64,000 nt of DNA, from positions 128,001 through 192,000 of the forward strand of contig CAXXLX010000002.1 in the NCBI GenBank assembly GCA_963665235.2. The letters run 5' to 3'. The notes beneath the pieces are model-generated. The model was not told where the DNA came from. It worked only from the letters and a program-made list of their open reading frames with translations, and searched no databases. The position numbers were made by a program, and so were the translations under genes. Origin of the DNA: Candidatus Poribacteria bacterium (GTDB lineage Bacteria; Poribacteria; WGA-4E; WGA-3G). Positions 41,435-51,862 of this stretch are shown one piece after another (positions within the stretch are counted from its first letter, which is position 1; every line of letters begins with the position of its first letter).

Positions 41435-43180
41435 ATGCCTAAACACGCGTACATACTGAAAATCTTAGTCACGCTTGTGCTCCCTCTCATAATAATCGCC
41501 ACAACCGTTGCCCAAAAACCGAATTTTCCGGAACGAACACCCCTCGTTGAACGTCCCTTCTCAGACGACCCCGACAAATTCACCTTCGCCATTATCGGTG
41601 ATAAAACAGGCGGCGGCTTAGATAAATGGCCAATCTTCGACCGTGCAATAGATGAAATCAACATATTGAAACCTGACTTCGCTATCATGGTGGGCGACTT
41701 AATACAGGGGGACACAACAGACCCACAACAACTCGCCGCAGAATGGAAAGAATTTTGGGAACATCAATCCGAGCTAAGCGTGCCATTTTTAGCGTTGCCC
41801 GGTAATCATGACATCACGAATCCGGTTATGTACGCCTATTGGAAGGATAACATCGGCCGCACCTATTCAGCATTTACCTACAAAAATTGCCTCTTTTTAC
41901 TGCTCAATACAGAGGAATGGCATGCAACCCCCGATGAATGGACAAACTGGTTTGGAGACACACAGATTAAATACGTCAAATCGCAATTGGCACAGCATTC
42001 GGAGGTGCGGCATACCTTTGTCTTTCTGCACAGACCCCTCTGGCTTCAAAAGCACTCCGGGTGGGAAGAAATTGAAGCAGCACTCGGTAAGCGGCCCTAC
42101 ACTGTCTTCGCTGGACATTACCATAACCTCACACTTCACACACGCAACGACCGGCGATACTTCGTACTCGGAGCCACTGGCGGCGGATTTACACCCCAAG
42201 TAGTCCGAGAGACCGGGGCTTTCGACCATTACAGCCTCGTAACCGTTGACAGCACAGATGTTAACGTTGCTATTATAGAACCGGGTAACATTTTCCCCGC
42301 GGACCTATCAACTGCAACGTTCAAACGCAAGGTCTCAAAACTCCTTACCTTTAAGCCCTACTTCAAACGGGCCCAATCGCAGCCGATTGCCAGCGGAACC
42401 CTTGAAATAACCCTCGAAAATACACTTGAAAAACCGCTAAAGATGGAAGTTGTTTTCAAACCGAACGAGAATTGGCAGCTCACTCCGAACCAGCTCTCTT
42501 TTCAAACCAAACCGGGGCAAACCACAAAAACAACCGTCACCCTCTCCGCACCCTCAGAGACCTACCTCCCTTTTCCTGTCTACAGTTATTCCGTGCTATA
42601 TGGGGGCGAGCAATTGTTAAGCGGCACAAAGCTGTTTCACCCTATTCCCACCGAGGACATGCGTGTTCTTAAAGACTGGAGGCTTCTCGGTCCCTTTTCC
42701 CTCGGTCTGACCAGTCCGCCTCCTAGCCTAAAGGAGGTCCCGAAAAATTTTCTTGCAGTCCCGTTACCGAACCCCGATGTTGATAAAATAACCTCTCACG
42801 GAGAAGCAGGAGAAACACGCCTTTGGCGAGAATACCGGTCTGAAACGGAGCGCATTAATTTACGGGAAGTATTCGGAAACGCTGAGTTGGCTTACGGTTT
42901 CGGCATGACCCATATCAAGAGCCCCGATGCCCGACGCGTATTCGCTCAAATCGAATGGGGCAGCAATTTAGGGAGAATCTATCTGAACGGCATTGAAATC
43001 CCTGGTGCTGCTATTCCCGGTAAACATCTATTCTCTTGGTGGGCGCACTTTGAATTAACCTTAAAAGCGGGGTGGAACACCTTAATCGTCTTGTCCGGCG
43101 ATTACAATGGATGGTGGGATTATCGAATGGAGGTTGCGGACCCCCAAAATGTTCTTCAGTTTAGCCCAAACCTCCCCTAA
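41435..43180 (+). CDS. Secreted calcineurin-like metallophosphoesterase with C-terminal beta-rich domains
   Basis: GD, GDL, PGNHD, H and GHYH motifs. Confidence 0.87.
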   Translation: MPKHAYILKILVTLVLPLIIIATTVAQKPNFPERTPLVERPFSDDPDKFTFAIIGDKTGGGLDKWPIFDRAIDEINILKPDFAIMVGDLIQGDTTDPQQLAAEWKEFWEHQSELSVPFLALPGNHDITNPVMYAYWKDNIGRTYSAFTYKNCLFLLLNTEEWHATPDEWTNWFGDTQIKYVKSQLAQHSEVRHTFVFLHRPLWLQKHSGWEEIEAALGKRPYTVFAGHYHNLTLHTRNDRRYFVLGATGGGFTPQVVRETGAFDHYSLVTVDSTDVNVAIIEPGNIFPADLSTATFKRKVSKLLTFKPYFKRAQSQPIASGTLEITLENTLEKPLKMEVVFKPNENWQLTPNQLSFQTKPGQTTKTTVTLSAPSETYLPFPVYSYSVLYGGEQLLSGTKLFHPIPTEDMRVLKDWRLLGPFSLGLTSPPPSLKEVPKNFLAVPLPNPDVDKITSHGEAGETRLWREYRSETERINLREVFGNAELAYGFGMTHIKSPDARRVFAQIEWGSNLGRIYLNGIEIPGAAIPGKHLFSWWAHFELTLKAGWNTLIVLSGDYNGWWDYRMEVADPQNVLQFSPNLP

Positions 43181-43229
43181 ATTTGACAGAATAGACGTTA
43201 TCCGTTATACTTAAAAAAAGGAGAAAAAA

Positions 43230-43910
43230 ATGAGTTACGAAACGATAGAATCTAAGTTCATCGCAACACCGGAAAAGGGAGAAGTCTCCTCACTACTTAT
43301 GCGTCCGGACAATGCAAAATGGGTGTTAGTACTTGGACATGGTGCGGGTACAAACATGCGCCATTCAACACTTCAGACCATTGCCGAGAGGCTATCAGAT
43401 ATCGGCATTGCAACCTTCCGCTATCAGTTTCCGTACATGGAACGCGGTGGGGGTGGTAGAGAATCCGAGGCGGTTGCACTCCAAACGGTCCGTTCTGCAG
43501 TCGCTGCTGCCCATGAAGCAGCGAGCGATTTATCAATACTCGTCGGGGGGCACTCTTATAGTGGACGTATGTCTTCAATGTCCGCAGCCAAATCCCCAAT
43601 TGAACATGTGCATGGACTCGTTTTCTTCGCATTTCCGCTGCATCCCTCTGGCAGAGAAGGCACGGAACGCGCAGAGCATCTCAGTGATGTCACCGTGCCC
43701 ATGCTATTCCTCTCCGGCACACGTGATAAGTTAGCAAATCTTGCCCTATTAGAACCGGTCTGCGAAAAACTTGGCGACAAGGCAACCCTACACCTATTAG
43801 ATACAGCCGACCACGGGTTCAAAACCCTAAAACGTTCCCGTAAATCCGATGAGGACGTTTTCGTCGAGATGGCGAGAGTACTTCATAAATGGGCAGAAAA
43901 TCTATTATAA
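43230..43910 (+). CDS. Alpha/beta hydrolase
   Basis: HGAG, GHSYSG nucleophile elbow, GTRD, DH; preceded by ttgaca-N17-tatact. Confidence 0.85.
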   Translation: MSYETIESKFIATPEKGEVSSLLMRPDNAKWVLVLGHGAGTNMRHSTLQTIAERLSDIGIATFRYQFPYMERGGGGRESEAVALQTVRSAVAAAHEAASDLSILVGGHSYSGRMSSMSAAKSPIEHVHGLVFFAFPLHPSGREGTERAEHLSDVTVPMLFLSGTRDKLANLALLEPVCEKLGDKATLHLLDTADHGFKTLKRSRKSDEDVFVEMARVLHKWAENLL

Positions 43911-43928
43911 CCTAAAGGAGATAAAACA

Positions 43929-44546
43929 ATGTTTCATAGATTCACCACACTCCTTGCCCTTGTCGGTTTTTCTATTATTACGGCAGGGTGCAGTATTTTA
44001 GTGACAAAACAGGAATGGAGCGAAAACTACGCACTCCTTGAAGGCGCACATTCCACCAGTCCCCAAATGATTGATGGCCAGCTCGAAACTATCGGTCAAA
44101 CAAGTTTTCCGAGAGGCGCGCAACGCGGCACCATCGCAACACCACCCTCCGAGGTTATTATCACCTTACCTGAAGAAAAGACCATTCGCAAAATCGTAAT
44201 CCATGCCGATAATGTCAAAAAGCTTGAAATCTTCGCAGATAAAGGCATCGGCACCATTGACGCGGATTGGAAATTGATTAAAGAGATAAGAAATGTCACA
44301 ACCAACCCCATCGAGATCCCCGTTTCTATCCTATTCTCTACGGCTAAACTGCGGGTCAGAGTATTAGAAACAACTGAAGATAGCGAATTGACGCGAAAAA
44401 GGCATGCCGCCGATGTCAATAAGCTCGTGCGAGCACAGAGAGGGGGAGCCAAATCAGGGGCAAGCCTGCAAACGCTCCGCCGCCGAGCCGCCGGTAAAAT
44501 CCGAGAAATTGAAATTTACGGCTACAAATCTGCCAATACACCTTAA
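43929..44546 (+). CDS. Hypothetical lipoprotein
   Basis: Lipobox-like TAGC; RBS aaggaga. Confidence 0.65.
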   Translation: MFHRFTTLLALVGFSIITAGCSILVTKQEWSENYALLEGAHSTSPQMIDGQLETIGQTSFPRGAQRGTIATPPSEVIITLPEEKTIRKIVIHADNVKKLEIFADKGIGTIDADWKLIKEIRNVTTNPIEIPVSILFSTAKLRVRVLETTEDSELTRKRHAADVNKLVRAQRGGAKSGASLQTLRRRAAGKIREIEIYGYKSANTP

Positions 44547-44566
44547 AAACCACTTCAGGACACATC

Positions 44567-46453
44567 ATGAAAAACAGATTTTTGACGCTAACGCTTTTGT
44601 TTGCGCTCCTAACGGTTGCACCAAACACCTTCGCTGCAGACTACACACAATTGAGCTTACCAGAAGGCGCGAAAGCCCGATTGGGTAAAGGTATTATAAC
44701 TGATATACAGTTTTCACCAGATGGAACACGCTTAGCCGTTGGTAGTAGTATCGGAATTTGGATCTATGATGTCCAGACGGGGGAGGTGCTCAACCTATTT
44801 ACGAGATATACAGCGGGGGTCAGTAGTCTGTCGTTTAGCCCGGATGGTAACACCCTCGCCAGTGGGGGTGTGGATGGAACCATTCGTCTATGGGACACTA
44901 CAACAGGAAAAATTATCAGAACGATGCTAGGACATACGGCTCCGGTCCGTAGCTTATCGTTTAGTCCGGATGGTAACACCCTCGCCAGTGGGAGTTCGGA
45001 CAAGACTATCCGATTGTGGAATACCAACACAGGACACCTTATCAGAACACTCACAGGACATACTTCGTATGTCCATAGCGTATCGTTTAGTCCGGATGGT
45101 AACACCCTCGCCAGTGGGAGTGTGGACGAGACTATTCGGTTATGGAATACCAACACAGGACAACTTATCAGAACACTCACAGGAGATATGGGTTGGGTCA
45201 ATAGCGTGTCGTTTAGTCCGGATGGTAACACCCTCGCCAGTGGGAGTTCGGACAAGACTAAAATTCGGCTATGGGACACTACGACAGGAAAACTTATCAG
45301 AACACTCACGGGACATGAATGGTCGGTCTATAGCGTGTCATTTAGTCCGGATGGTAACACCCTCGCTAGTGGGAGTTTGGGCAAGACTATTCGGCTATGG
45401 AACACAAACACCGGACACCTTATCAGAGTGCTTACAGGACATACTTCGCATGTCAATCGCGTGTCGTTTAGTCCGGATGGTAACACCCTCGCCAGTGGAA
45501 GTGCGGACGAGACTATCCGATTGTGGAATACCGGCACGGGACACCTTATCAGAACGATGGAAGGACATACGGATGCAGTCGAAACCGTATCGTTTAGTCC
45601 AGATGGGCACGTCCTCGCCAGTGGAGGCAGGGACAGGTCTATCCACGAGGAAAAGACTATCCATCTATGGGACACAAACACTGGACACCTTATCAGAGCG
45701 ATGGTAGAACATACGGGGTCGGTCCGTAGCGTGTCTTTTAGTCCGGATGGTAACACCCTCGCCAGCGGGAGCAAGGACTATACTATTCGTCTGTGGAACA
45801 CTACAACAGGACACCTTATTACAACACTCATAGGACATACACATTGGGTCAAAAACGTGTCTTTTAGTCCAGATGGGAATATCCTCGCCAGTGGTAGTTG
45901 GGACAAGACCATTCGTCTGTGGGACACTACAACAGGAAAACTTATCACAACACTCACAGGACAGGATTCCGCAGGATATACTTCGTTTGTCCGTGGCGTG
46001 TCGTTTAGTCCGGATGGAAATACCCTCGCCAGTGGGATGGCCAGGATTATTCATCTATGGGACACTACAACAGGAAAACTTATCACAACACTCACAGGAC
46101 ATACAAATTTTGTCATTAGTGTGTCGTTTAGTCCGGATGGGAATACCCTCGCCAGTGGCAGTAGGGACAATACTATTCGTCTATGGAACACAAGTACGAG
46201 ACAACTTATTAGAGTGCTTACGGGACATACACGGTGGGTCAATAGTGTGTCGTTTAGTCCGGATGGGAATACCCTCGTTAGTGGGGGTTTGGACAATACT
46301 GTTCGTCTATGGGATATTAGGACAGGAAAACTTATCAGAACATTCACGGGACATACCGATTCGGTCGAAACCGTGTCGTTTAGTCCGGAGGGTCGCACGT
46401 TTGCCAGCGGGAGTGGGGATGGCACTATTCTCCTATGGGAACTTGAACCTTAG
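44567..46453 (+). CDS. Secreted WD40 repeat protein (~14 repeats)
   Basis: Repeated GHT..V.SVSFSPDGNTLASGS.D.TIRLW; signal peptide and LPEGAKARLGKG. Confidence 0.95.
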   Translation: MKNRFLTLTLLFALLTVAPNTFAADYTQLSLPEGAKARLGKGIITDIQFSPDGTRLAVGSSIGIWIYDVQTGEVLNLFTRYTAGVSSLSFSPDGNTLASGGVDGTIRLWDTTTGKIIRTMLGHTAPVRSLSFSPDGNTLASGSSDKTIRLWNTNTGHLIRTLTGHTSYVHSVSFSPDGNTLASGSVDETIRLWNTNTGQLIRTLTGDMGWVNSVSFSPDGNTLASGSSDKTKIRLWDTTTGKLIRTLTGHEWSVYSVSFSPDGNTLASGSLGKTIRLWNTNTGHLIRVLTGHTSHVNRVSFSPDGNTLASGSADETIRLWNTGTGHLIRTMEGHTDAVETVSFSPDGHVLASGGRDRSIHEEKTIHLWDTNTGHLIRAMVEHTGSVRSVSFSPDGNTLASGSKDYTIRLWNTTTGHLITTLIGHTHWVKNVSFSPDGNILASGSWDKTIRLWDTTTGKLITTLTGQDSAGYTSFVRGVSFSPDGNTLASGMARIIHLWDTTTGKLITTLTGHTNFVISVSFSPDGNTLASGSRDNTIRLWNTSTRQLIRVLTGHTRWVNSVSFSPDGNTLVSGGLDNTVRLWDIRTGKLIRTFTGHTDSVETVSFSPEGRTFASGSGDGTILLWELEP

Positions 46454-46548
46454 TCGCGCGGCATATTGGGACAGCAAGAAGCAGGTAGGAGAATTAGTCA
46501 CAGTGGTGACTATCGGTTATAGAAGATTTCCCGCTTGGAGAGAGCACA

Positions 46549-47019
46549 ATGAAATACTTCGCCTACGGGTCTAACCTCAATATTAGACACATGCAATACA
46601 GGTGCCCCGACGCGATGCCTATCGGCACATTCGCGCTGCAGGATTACCGACTTGTTTTTCGGTACTACGCCGATATTATTCCTGCCCCCGGCCAATCTGT
46701 AACAGGCGGACTTTGGGAAATCTCCGCAGAAGACGAGAAATCCCTCGACCGATACGAAGGCTATCCCACCTTCTACGGAAAATATTACCAAGACGACATC
46801 ATGTTTTACCGCATGCGCGACACAGCAATGCCCTTAGAATTGCCGGGAGCTGAATATCTGAAAACCGTACTTGAAGGCATGAACGATTTTGGGCTTTCCC
46901 TTGAGGTATTCACGAACAATTTAGGAAATCCGCAGCCAATCGTAAATCCTGCTAAACAGGAGACACCTCTTAAGCAAGCGATGCGTCTCATTGAAACCGC
47001 GCAGGCCTCTAAAGAATAG
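46549..47019 (+). CDS. Gamma-glutamylcyclotransferase family protein
   Basis: YFAYGSNL and LDRYEG. Confidence 0.88.
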   Translation: MKYFAYGSNLNIRHMQYRCPDAMPIGTFALQDYRLVFRYYADIIPAPGQSVTGGLWEISAEDEKSLDRYEGYPTFYGKYYQDDIMFYRMRDTAMPLELPGAEYLKTVLEGMNDFGLSLEVFTNNLGNPQPIVNPAKQETPLKQAMRLIETAQASKE

Positions 47020-47971
47020 TCAATTCATCCTCTTCGCCGCTCTCCTGTAGCACCGTCTCCAATTCCGTGGCGACTACACCGAAGGCACTCGCTTGCGGCG
47101 ATTCTGGATGTCCAGCAACGATTGGCACGCCAATGTCGCCAGCCGTGCAAACTTCAGCGTCAAGTGGAATTGCTCCGAGAAAGGCTACACCGAACCGCTC
47201 ACTCATATTCTTCCCGCCATCCGCCCTAAAAATCTCTGTCTTTTCGCTGCAGTGCGGACAGACGAAGTAGCTCATATTCTCAATAATGCCCAGAATAGGC
47301 ACACCGAGACGTTCGAACATAGCAACACCGCGTCGCACGTCCGCCAATGCCACATCCTGTGGAGTCGTGACAATAATCGCCCCGGTCAGCGGAATCGCCT
47401 GTGTTAGCGAGAGAGCCACATCGCCAGTACCCGGGGGCAGGTCAATAATAAGATAATCTAGTGCCCCCCATTCAACATCGGTAAGAAATTGACGGATAGC
47501 ACTGTGTAGCATCGGACCGCGCCAAATCATCGCCTGTTCTTCAGGCACCATAAACCCGATGGACATAAGTTTGATATCGTGCCGCATGAGCGGAACCAGT
47601 TTCCGTGCTGGGCTCGTCTGTGGTTTATCCTGAATGCCCATCATCGTCGGGATACTCGGTCCATAAGCATCCGCGTCCATTAAGCCGACTGCAGCACCTG
47701 CCTGCGCCAGCGAGATTGCTAGGTTCGTCGCAACGGTGGATTTGCCAACGCCACCCTTACCGCTTGCCACAGCGATTTTGTACTGCACGTCCGGCAACGT
47801 GATATTCTGTTGCTGCGGTGTCTGCTGCTGTTGCGGTGCGGGTTGCTGTTGCGGCGATTTCTGTCCAGAGAGCTCCGCCCCACTGATAACCTTGAGCTCA
47901 GGGTGTGGTTTCCCTGCCGTATCCGATTTCGGCTGTTGCTTATCCTCTTCACCTTTTTTAAAAAACTTCAT
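47009..47971 (-). CDS. Mrp/NBP35 (ApbC) Fe-S cluster carrier ATPase
   Basis: SGKGGVGKST, WRGPM, DLPPGTGD, ENMSYFVCPHC. Confidence 0.95.
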   Translation of the reverse strand: MKFFKKGEEDKQQPKSDTAGKPHPELKVISGAELSGQKSPQQQPAPQQQQTPQQQNITLPDVQYKIAVASGKGGVGKSTVATNLAISLAQAGAAVGLMDADAYGPSIPTMMGIQDKPQTSPARKLVPLMRHDIKLMSIGFMVPEEQAMIWRGPMLHSAIRQFLTDVEWGALDYLIIDLPPGTGDVALSLTQAIPLTGAIIVTTPQDVALADVRRGVAMFERLGVPILGIIENMSYFVCPHCSEKTEIFRADGGKNMSERFGVAFLGAIPLDAEVCTAGDIGVPIVAGHPESPQASAFGVVATELETVLQESGEEDELTIL

Positions 47972-48190
47972 GGATATATCTTCTCCTTGTGTCTATATTG
48001 CTAACAATTGGCAGTTTCCAGCGACCATACGAAAGAAGTTGATTTCATATTAATAATAATGCCATAAAACGCGTCAATTTGCCAATCTTTTTTTTGGCAA
48101 TAGCCAACAGCCAAAAAATATTGTTACCATTTTTTCGCAAAATCCTATATAATACTTGAAAAATTGCACCCTAAGCAAGGAGATATTTTT

Positions 48191-48856
48191 ATGAACATTC
48201 TCATGTTACGTCATTCTGCAGGATTCGAGCACACCTATCTTCCAAACGCCGAAGTTACGCTGAAAGAAATCGGTGCAGCAAACGGGTGGAAAGTTGCAAC
48301 AACCCATCGCTGCGACCGGATTAACGCCGATAACCTCGCCAAACAAGATATCGTCGTCTTCGCAACAACCGGCAATTTACCCTTTGACGATGCCCAGAAA
48401 GAGGCGTTGCTCAGTTTCGTCCGTGAGGGCAAAGCGTTCTTCGGCATCCATAACGCCACCGATACATTCTACGACTGGCCGGAATACGGTGAGATGCTCG
48501 GAGGCTATTTTGCGGGACATCCATGGCACCAAGAGGTTAACGTAATCGTCGAAGATACGGACCACCCGGCAACACGAATGCTCGGCACAAGTTTCAAAGT
48601 TGTCGATGAAATCTACACCTTCAAAAATTGGGCACGGGAGAACACACATGTGCTAATGCGCTTGGATAACGATTCTATTGATGTCTCCCGGGGCAACCGT
48701 GATGACAACGACTACGCACTCGGATGGTGTCACACGTACGGCAAGGGGCGCGTAATGTACACCGCCTTCGGTCACCCGGATGCCCTTTGGAGTCAACCTT
48801 GGTTCCACGAACACATCGCTGGATGTCTCAAGTGGGCAGGTGGGTTAGAAGATTAA
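48191..48856 (+). CDS. ThuA domain protein
   Basis: GFEH, GIHNATDT, GGYFAGHPWH, DEIY, GRVMYTAFGH. Confidence 0.88.
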   Translation: MNILMLRHSAGFEHTYLPNAEVTLKEIGAANGWKVATTHRCDRINADNLAKQDIVVFATTGNLPFDDAQKEALLSFVREGKAFFGIHNATDTFYDWPEYGEMLGGYFAGHPWHQEVNVIVEDTDHPATRMLGTSFKVVDEIYTFKNWARENTHVLMRLDNDSIDVSRGNRDDNDYALGWCHTYGKGRVMYTAFGHPDALWSQPWFHEHIAGCLKWAGGLED

Positions 48857-48944
48857 CCTCACTAACGGCGGGTCTCCGTGCCCGCCCAATTTTTCTTCTT
48901 GTCCCAAACCTCAAAGCGCGCCACACCCTAAGATGAGTGTCCCA

Positions 48945-49940
48945 CTAAATAACCCCTGTTGCCCGTAAAAGCGTCTCCTGCACCAACAACTCATGTGATA
49001 CAGGCCGGTCAGGAGGTTGTGTGCCAGCAATAGTCGCCAAAAATGCGTCCAATTCCAACTCATATAACCGTTGGCGACTTTCACCTGCTGTCTCCACAGC
49101 CTGTTCACCTTGTGAATAACCATCTTTCGCCTTGTCCAAACAGAGCCGAATCGTCCGCCCCGGTTCAAAAGGCTCAACGATAATAGCACTCCCCTCGGTG
49201 CCGTAGACCTCAAACCGTCTTGCCACCGGACGCGTCTCCAAAGCAGAAATAGAGATAAACGCCATCGCCTTCTCAAATTCATAGACCGTTAGTGTGTTAT
49301 CTTTGAAAGGGTCCGCCGAACCGCCATCGTTGCGTAGGAAACCGGTGACCTTCTCCGGTCGGCCTAATATCCAAAGCACCTGATCGAGAACGTGTCCGCC
49401 TAAATCGAAGAAGATGCCACCGACGTGCTGACTTATCCGCGTGCGCGCCTCATGAGAAACATTTGTTGACATGTGTGCCCGCACCGAAAAGACATCCCCT
49501 AAAAACCCGTTGCGTCCCCAATCGGTAACCTGTTTAAACGCCGAATGATAGCGCAGCATATACCCCATCTGCACCAGTAGCGATTTCTCTTGTGCCGTCT
49601 CTATAACGCGTTGCCACTGCGGCCAGTTTTCACCAGCCGGTTTATCATACCAGACATGTTTGCCAGCACTAACGATTTCCTCTGTCTGTGCAAGACTTTC
49701 GGCATTGTTCCCCTCTGAAGCGACTGCTACAATCGTCTCATCTTCTAACATTTCCGCAGCAGTTGCGTACCAGTGAACATCCGTAAAAGCCGTCTTACCT
49801 GCTTGAAGTTGTGCCCGCCGTTCAGTATCCGGTTCAAAAACGCCTGCCACCTCTACGTCGGGATTTGTGAACATCGCCTGTAGTTTACCGCGTGCGTGTC
49901 CGTGTTTAGTTCCGTATTGTGCCATCCGTATTTTTGCCAT
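48945..49940 (-). CDS. Gfo/Idh/MocA family oxidoreductase
   Basis: GKHVWYDKP, GYMLRY, DLGGHVLD; RBS gaggag. Confidence 0.88.
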   Translation of the reverse strand: MAKIRMAQYGTKHGHARGKLQAMFTNPDVEVAGVFEPDTERRAQLQAGKTAFTDVHWYATAAEMLEDETIVAVASEGNNAESLAQTEEIVSAGKHVWYDKPAGENWPQWQRVIETAQEKSLLVQMGYMLRYHSAFKQVTDWGRNGFLGDVFSVRAHMSTNVSHEARTRISQHVGGIFFDLGGHVLDQVLWILGRPEKVTGFLRNDGGSADPFKDNTLTVYEFEKAMAFISISALETRPVARRFEVYGTEGSAIIVEPFEPGRTIRLCLDKAKDGYSQGEQAVETAGESRQRLYELELDAFLATIAGTQPPDRPVSHELLVQETLLRATGVI

Positions 49941-49980
49941 ATTTCTCCTCCACAATGTGAAAATTGTTGTGTATACCTTC

Positions 49981-50008
49981 ATTATACGGACCGTTGGCGA
50001 AATGTCAA
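49981..50008 (-). promoter_or_regulatory. Sigma70-like promoter
   Basis: TTGACA-N16-TATAAT on the minus strand upstream of 49940. Confidence 0.65.
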
Positions 50009-50140
50009 GCGTTGTCGCTCATGTAAAAAGTAAGTGCGGTTGCTTGTAATAAAGTCAATGGCCACGCGGGCTAAATTTTTTATTAGCACTCATTCTTTAC
50101 ATGAGCCAACCGCTTTGTCAAGTTTTCTTAAGAAAAACCA

Positions 50141-50275
50141 GAGGCATTTATCGGACTTGGGCAGCACAAACAGGTTGACATGCTAGAACTCCACTGGCCG
50201 AGTGGACATACCGAACAGTTTTTCGATGTAAAAGCAAACCAAATTCTGCACATTAAAGAGGGGCACGGCGTAATA
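50141..50275 (+). pseudogene. ASPIC/UnbV C-terminal domain remnant
   Basis: FIGLGQHKQVDMLELHWPSG...VKANQILHIKEG without an upstream coding region. Confidence 0.65.
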
Positions 50276-50631
50276 AAGTGGGGTCGTTCAGTATTCGGGC
50301 AAGCAGCCCGCTCCTCTAAGGGCAATTCATCGTCCATCGTTCGTAGGGGCGAGGGGACCTCGCCCATCGTTTCGTAAACGTTAATGGGGCGTTTTCTTAA
50401 TCGTACCCCACGTAGTTGTCAGTTTTCCAGCAACATCCACCGGTGCTGTCCCCAATCTGGACTGCTCAAGTTCATCCGCGTTCAAAGGCCGATTCCACAC
50501 CTTCACTTCATCAATTAAGCCCTTGTAAAACCGGCTCAGATGTTCGCCAATCCAAATTGACTGTCCGCTGTTGATGTCTTGTGTTTTATCATCAACTTCA
50601 TCAAAATCTTCGGTGTGGAAACCCCGTTGCT

Positions 50632-51660
50632 TTAGCACGGGGAGGAAACACCGCTCCTATAGTTGAAGTTTAAGCGTGTTAGCACGCTAAAATCAGACCG
50701 CTTCGCCCCTGTTGTTAATCGGTTTCCATCTAAACTATAGATAGAAAACAATCCTTTTGCGTTGACCCCCGCCAAGCGTGTTAATCCGTGCTTTTCGTGT
50801 TTGATAAGTGTGTTCTTGACAAGTCCATTGCCTAACACAGTGCCCCCATAGCGTGGGCGTTTCCCCCCTTTTTGAGGGTTTTGTCGGTGCAGTCCACGCC
50901 TGCATACAGGTATAGGGGCTATGCAGAAAATATCAATGTTGTCAGGCGTGCTATCGCCACCGAGCGTGTGATATGCAAGACACCAACTATCTACACAATG
51001 TGCGTCAAAAGTTTCGGATAGTTTCTTTGATGCCTTTTTAAGACCTAACCTATCGCGTATCTCTTTTGTTTCCCACCCTTGAAGTGTTAGCAACTGCCAC
51101 CGCTTTTGAATCTCGGTATAGAACCATTGCTTGCCAACCTCAAGCGGACTAAAGGTTTGATTCCATTTTCTTTGATATTGCTTAGTTCTTGCCTTAATGT
51201 CTTCAACTGTCACGTGTGTAATCGGATAAAGTTTAGAAAACCACTCCAATATACGAAGTTTCCAATCCCAACGTGCACGCGTGCCTGCGGGGATAAGTTC
51301 CGTGTTGGCGCGGTGATTTGTCCTATTCTTTCTATTTGGACATTTTCGGCTGCGCCTTCCCCGCCGTAGTTCACGTCTTTTTTCTACTTTCTTGCCAACC
51401 TTGTTATGTGCATCCGCTTGCACATTCAGATAGGTGTGAGACGCAGACTTCACCGTGAAACCTTCTCTTTTAGAACCAGGATCCACGCCAACTACTATGT
51501 CTTGAAGTTCTCTGGCTGAGGGGGCTACGTTTAACCTAACGCAGAATATACCGTTAGACCAAAAGGGGGTTGCTTTCCCTGCTTGTATCCAACGCCTTGC
51601 CCGTGAGGGTTTAGTAGGCATCAGAGGTTGTTGGTTTTTATCTACCACGGGAACTAACAT
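50632..51660 (-). CDS. isrB: IsrB RNA-guided nickase (RRXRR/PLMP, split RuvC, no HNH), 342 aa
   Basis: QPLMPT, GVDPGSK (RuvC-I), Arg-rich bridge helix, VEDI (RuvC-II), DAHCVDS (RuvC-III); RBS ggagg before the ATG at 51660. Confidence 0.85.
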   Translation of the reverse strand: MLVPVVDKNQQPLMPTKPSRARRWIQAGKATPFWSNGIFCVRLNVAPSARELQDIVVGVDPGSKREGFTVKSASHTYLNVQADAHNKVGKKVEKRRELRRGRRSRKCPNRKNRTNHRANTELIPAGTRARWDWKLRILEWFSKLYPITHVTVEDIKARTKQYQRKWNQTFSPLEVGKQWFYTEIQKRWQLLTLQGWETKEIRDRLGLKKASKKLSETFDAHCVDSWCLAYHTLGGDSTPDNIDIFCIAPIPVCRRGLHRQNPQKGGKRPRYGGTVLGNGLVKNTLIKHEKHGLTRLAGVNAKGLFSIYSLDGNRLTTGAKRSDFSVLTRLNFNYRSGVSSPC

Positions 51661-51664
51661 GCGT

Positions 51665-51862
51665 AAACCTCCGAAGAGTGTATATTGCCCCATCCAGATC
51701 ACAACACAGAGTGGAATCAGACTTGGGGAGCATCCGAAACATCTTTTGACGTACCAATAGTCTGTGCTGCGATATATTACTGTAGTCAACGGTTTAACTT
51801 GTGAAGAGGTGCTTGGTAGGCACATTGCACAAGCCCCCAGGCTTTAGCGGGGGGTTATTGAC
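51665..51862 (-). ncRNA. Probable omegaRNA scaffold
   Basis: ~200-nt non-coding segment between the element end and isrB; GTCAA...TTGAC pairing; position typical of IscB/IsrB loci. Confidence 0.7.

Larger units (their letters stand above)
50602..51862 (-). mobile_element. Non-autonomous IS200/IS605-superfamily element encoding IsrB and an omegaRNA
   Basis: Left end GTCAATAACCCC, subterminal hairpins with a CTAAAG loop at both ends, no target duplication, no tnpA. Confidence 0.87.

Noticed and set aside
44800-46440. ~126-bp periodic DNA repeat and overlapping alternative-frame ORFs
   Set aside because: Explained by WD40 coding repeats; the other ORFs are shadows.
50632-51825. IscB/Cas9/TnpB assignment, the 397-aa start, or an IStron
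   Set aside because: No HNH or zinc finger and PLMP is present, so IsrB; the N-terminal extension is omegaRNA sequence; there is no room or motif for a group I intron.
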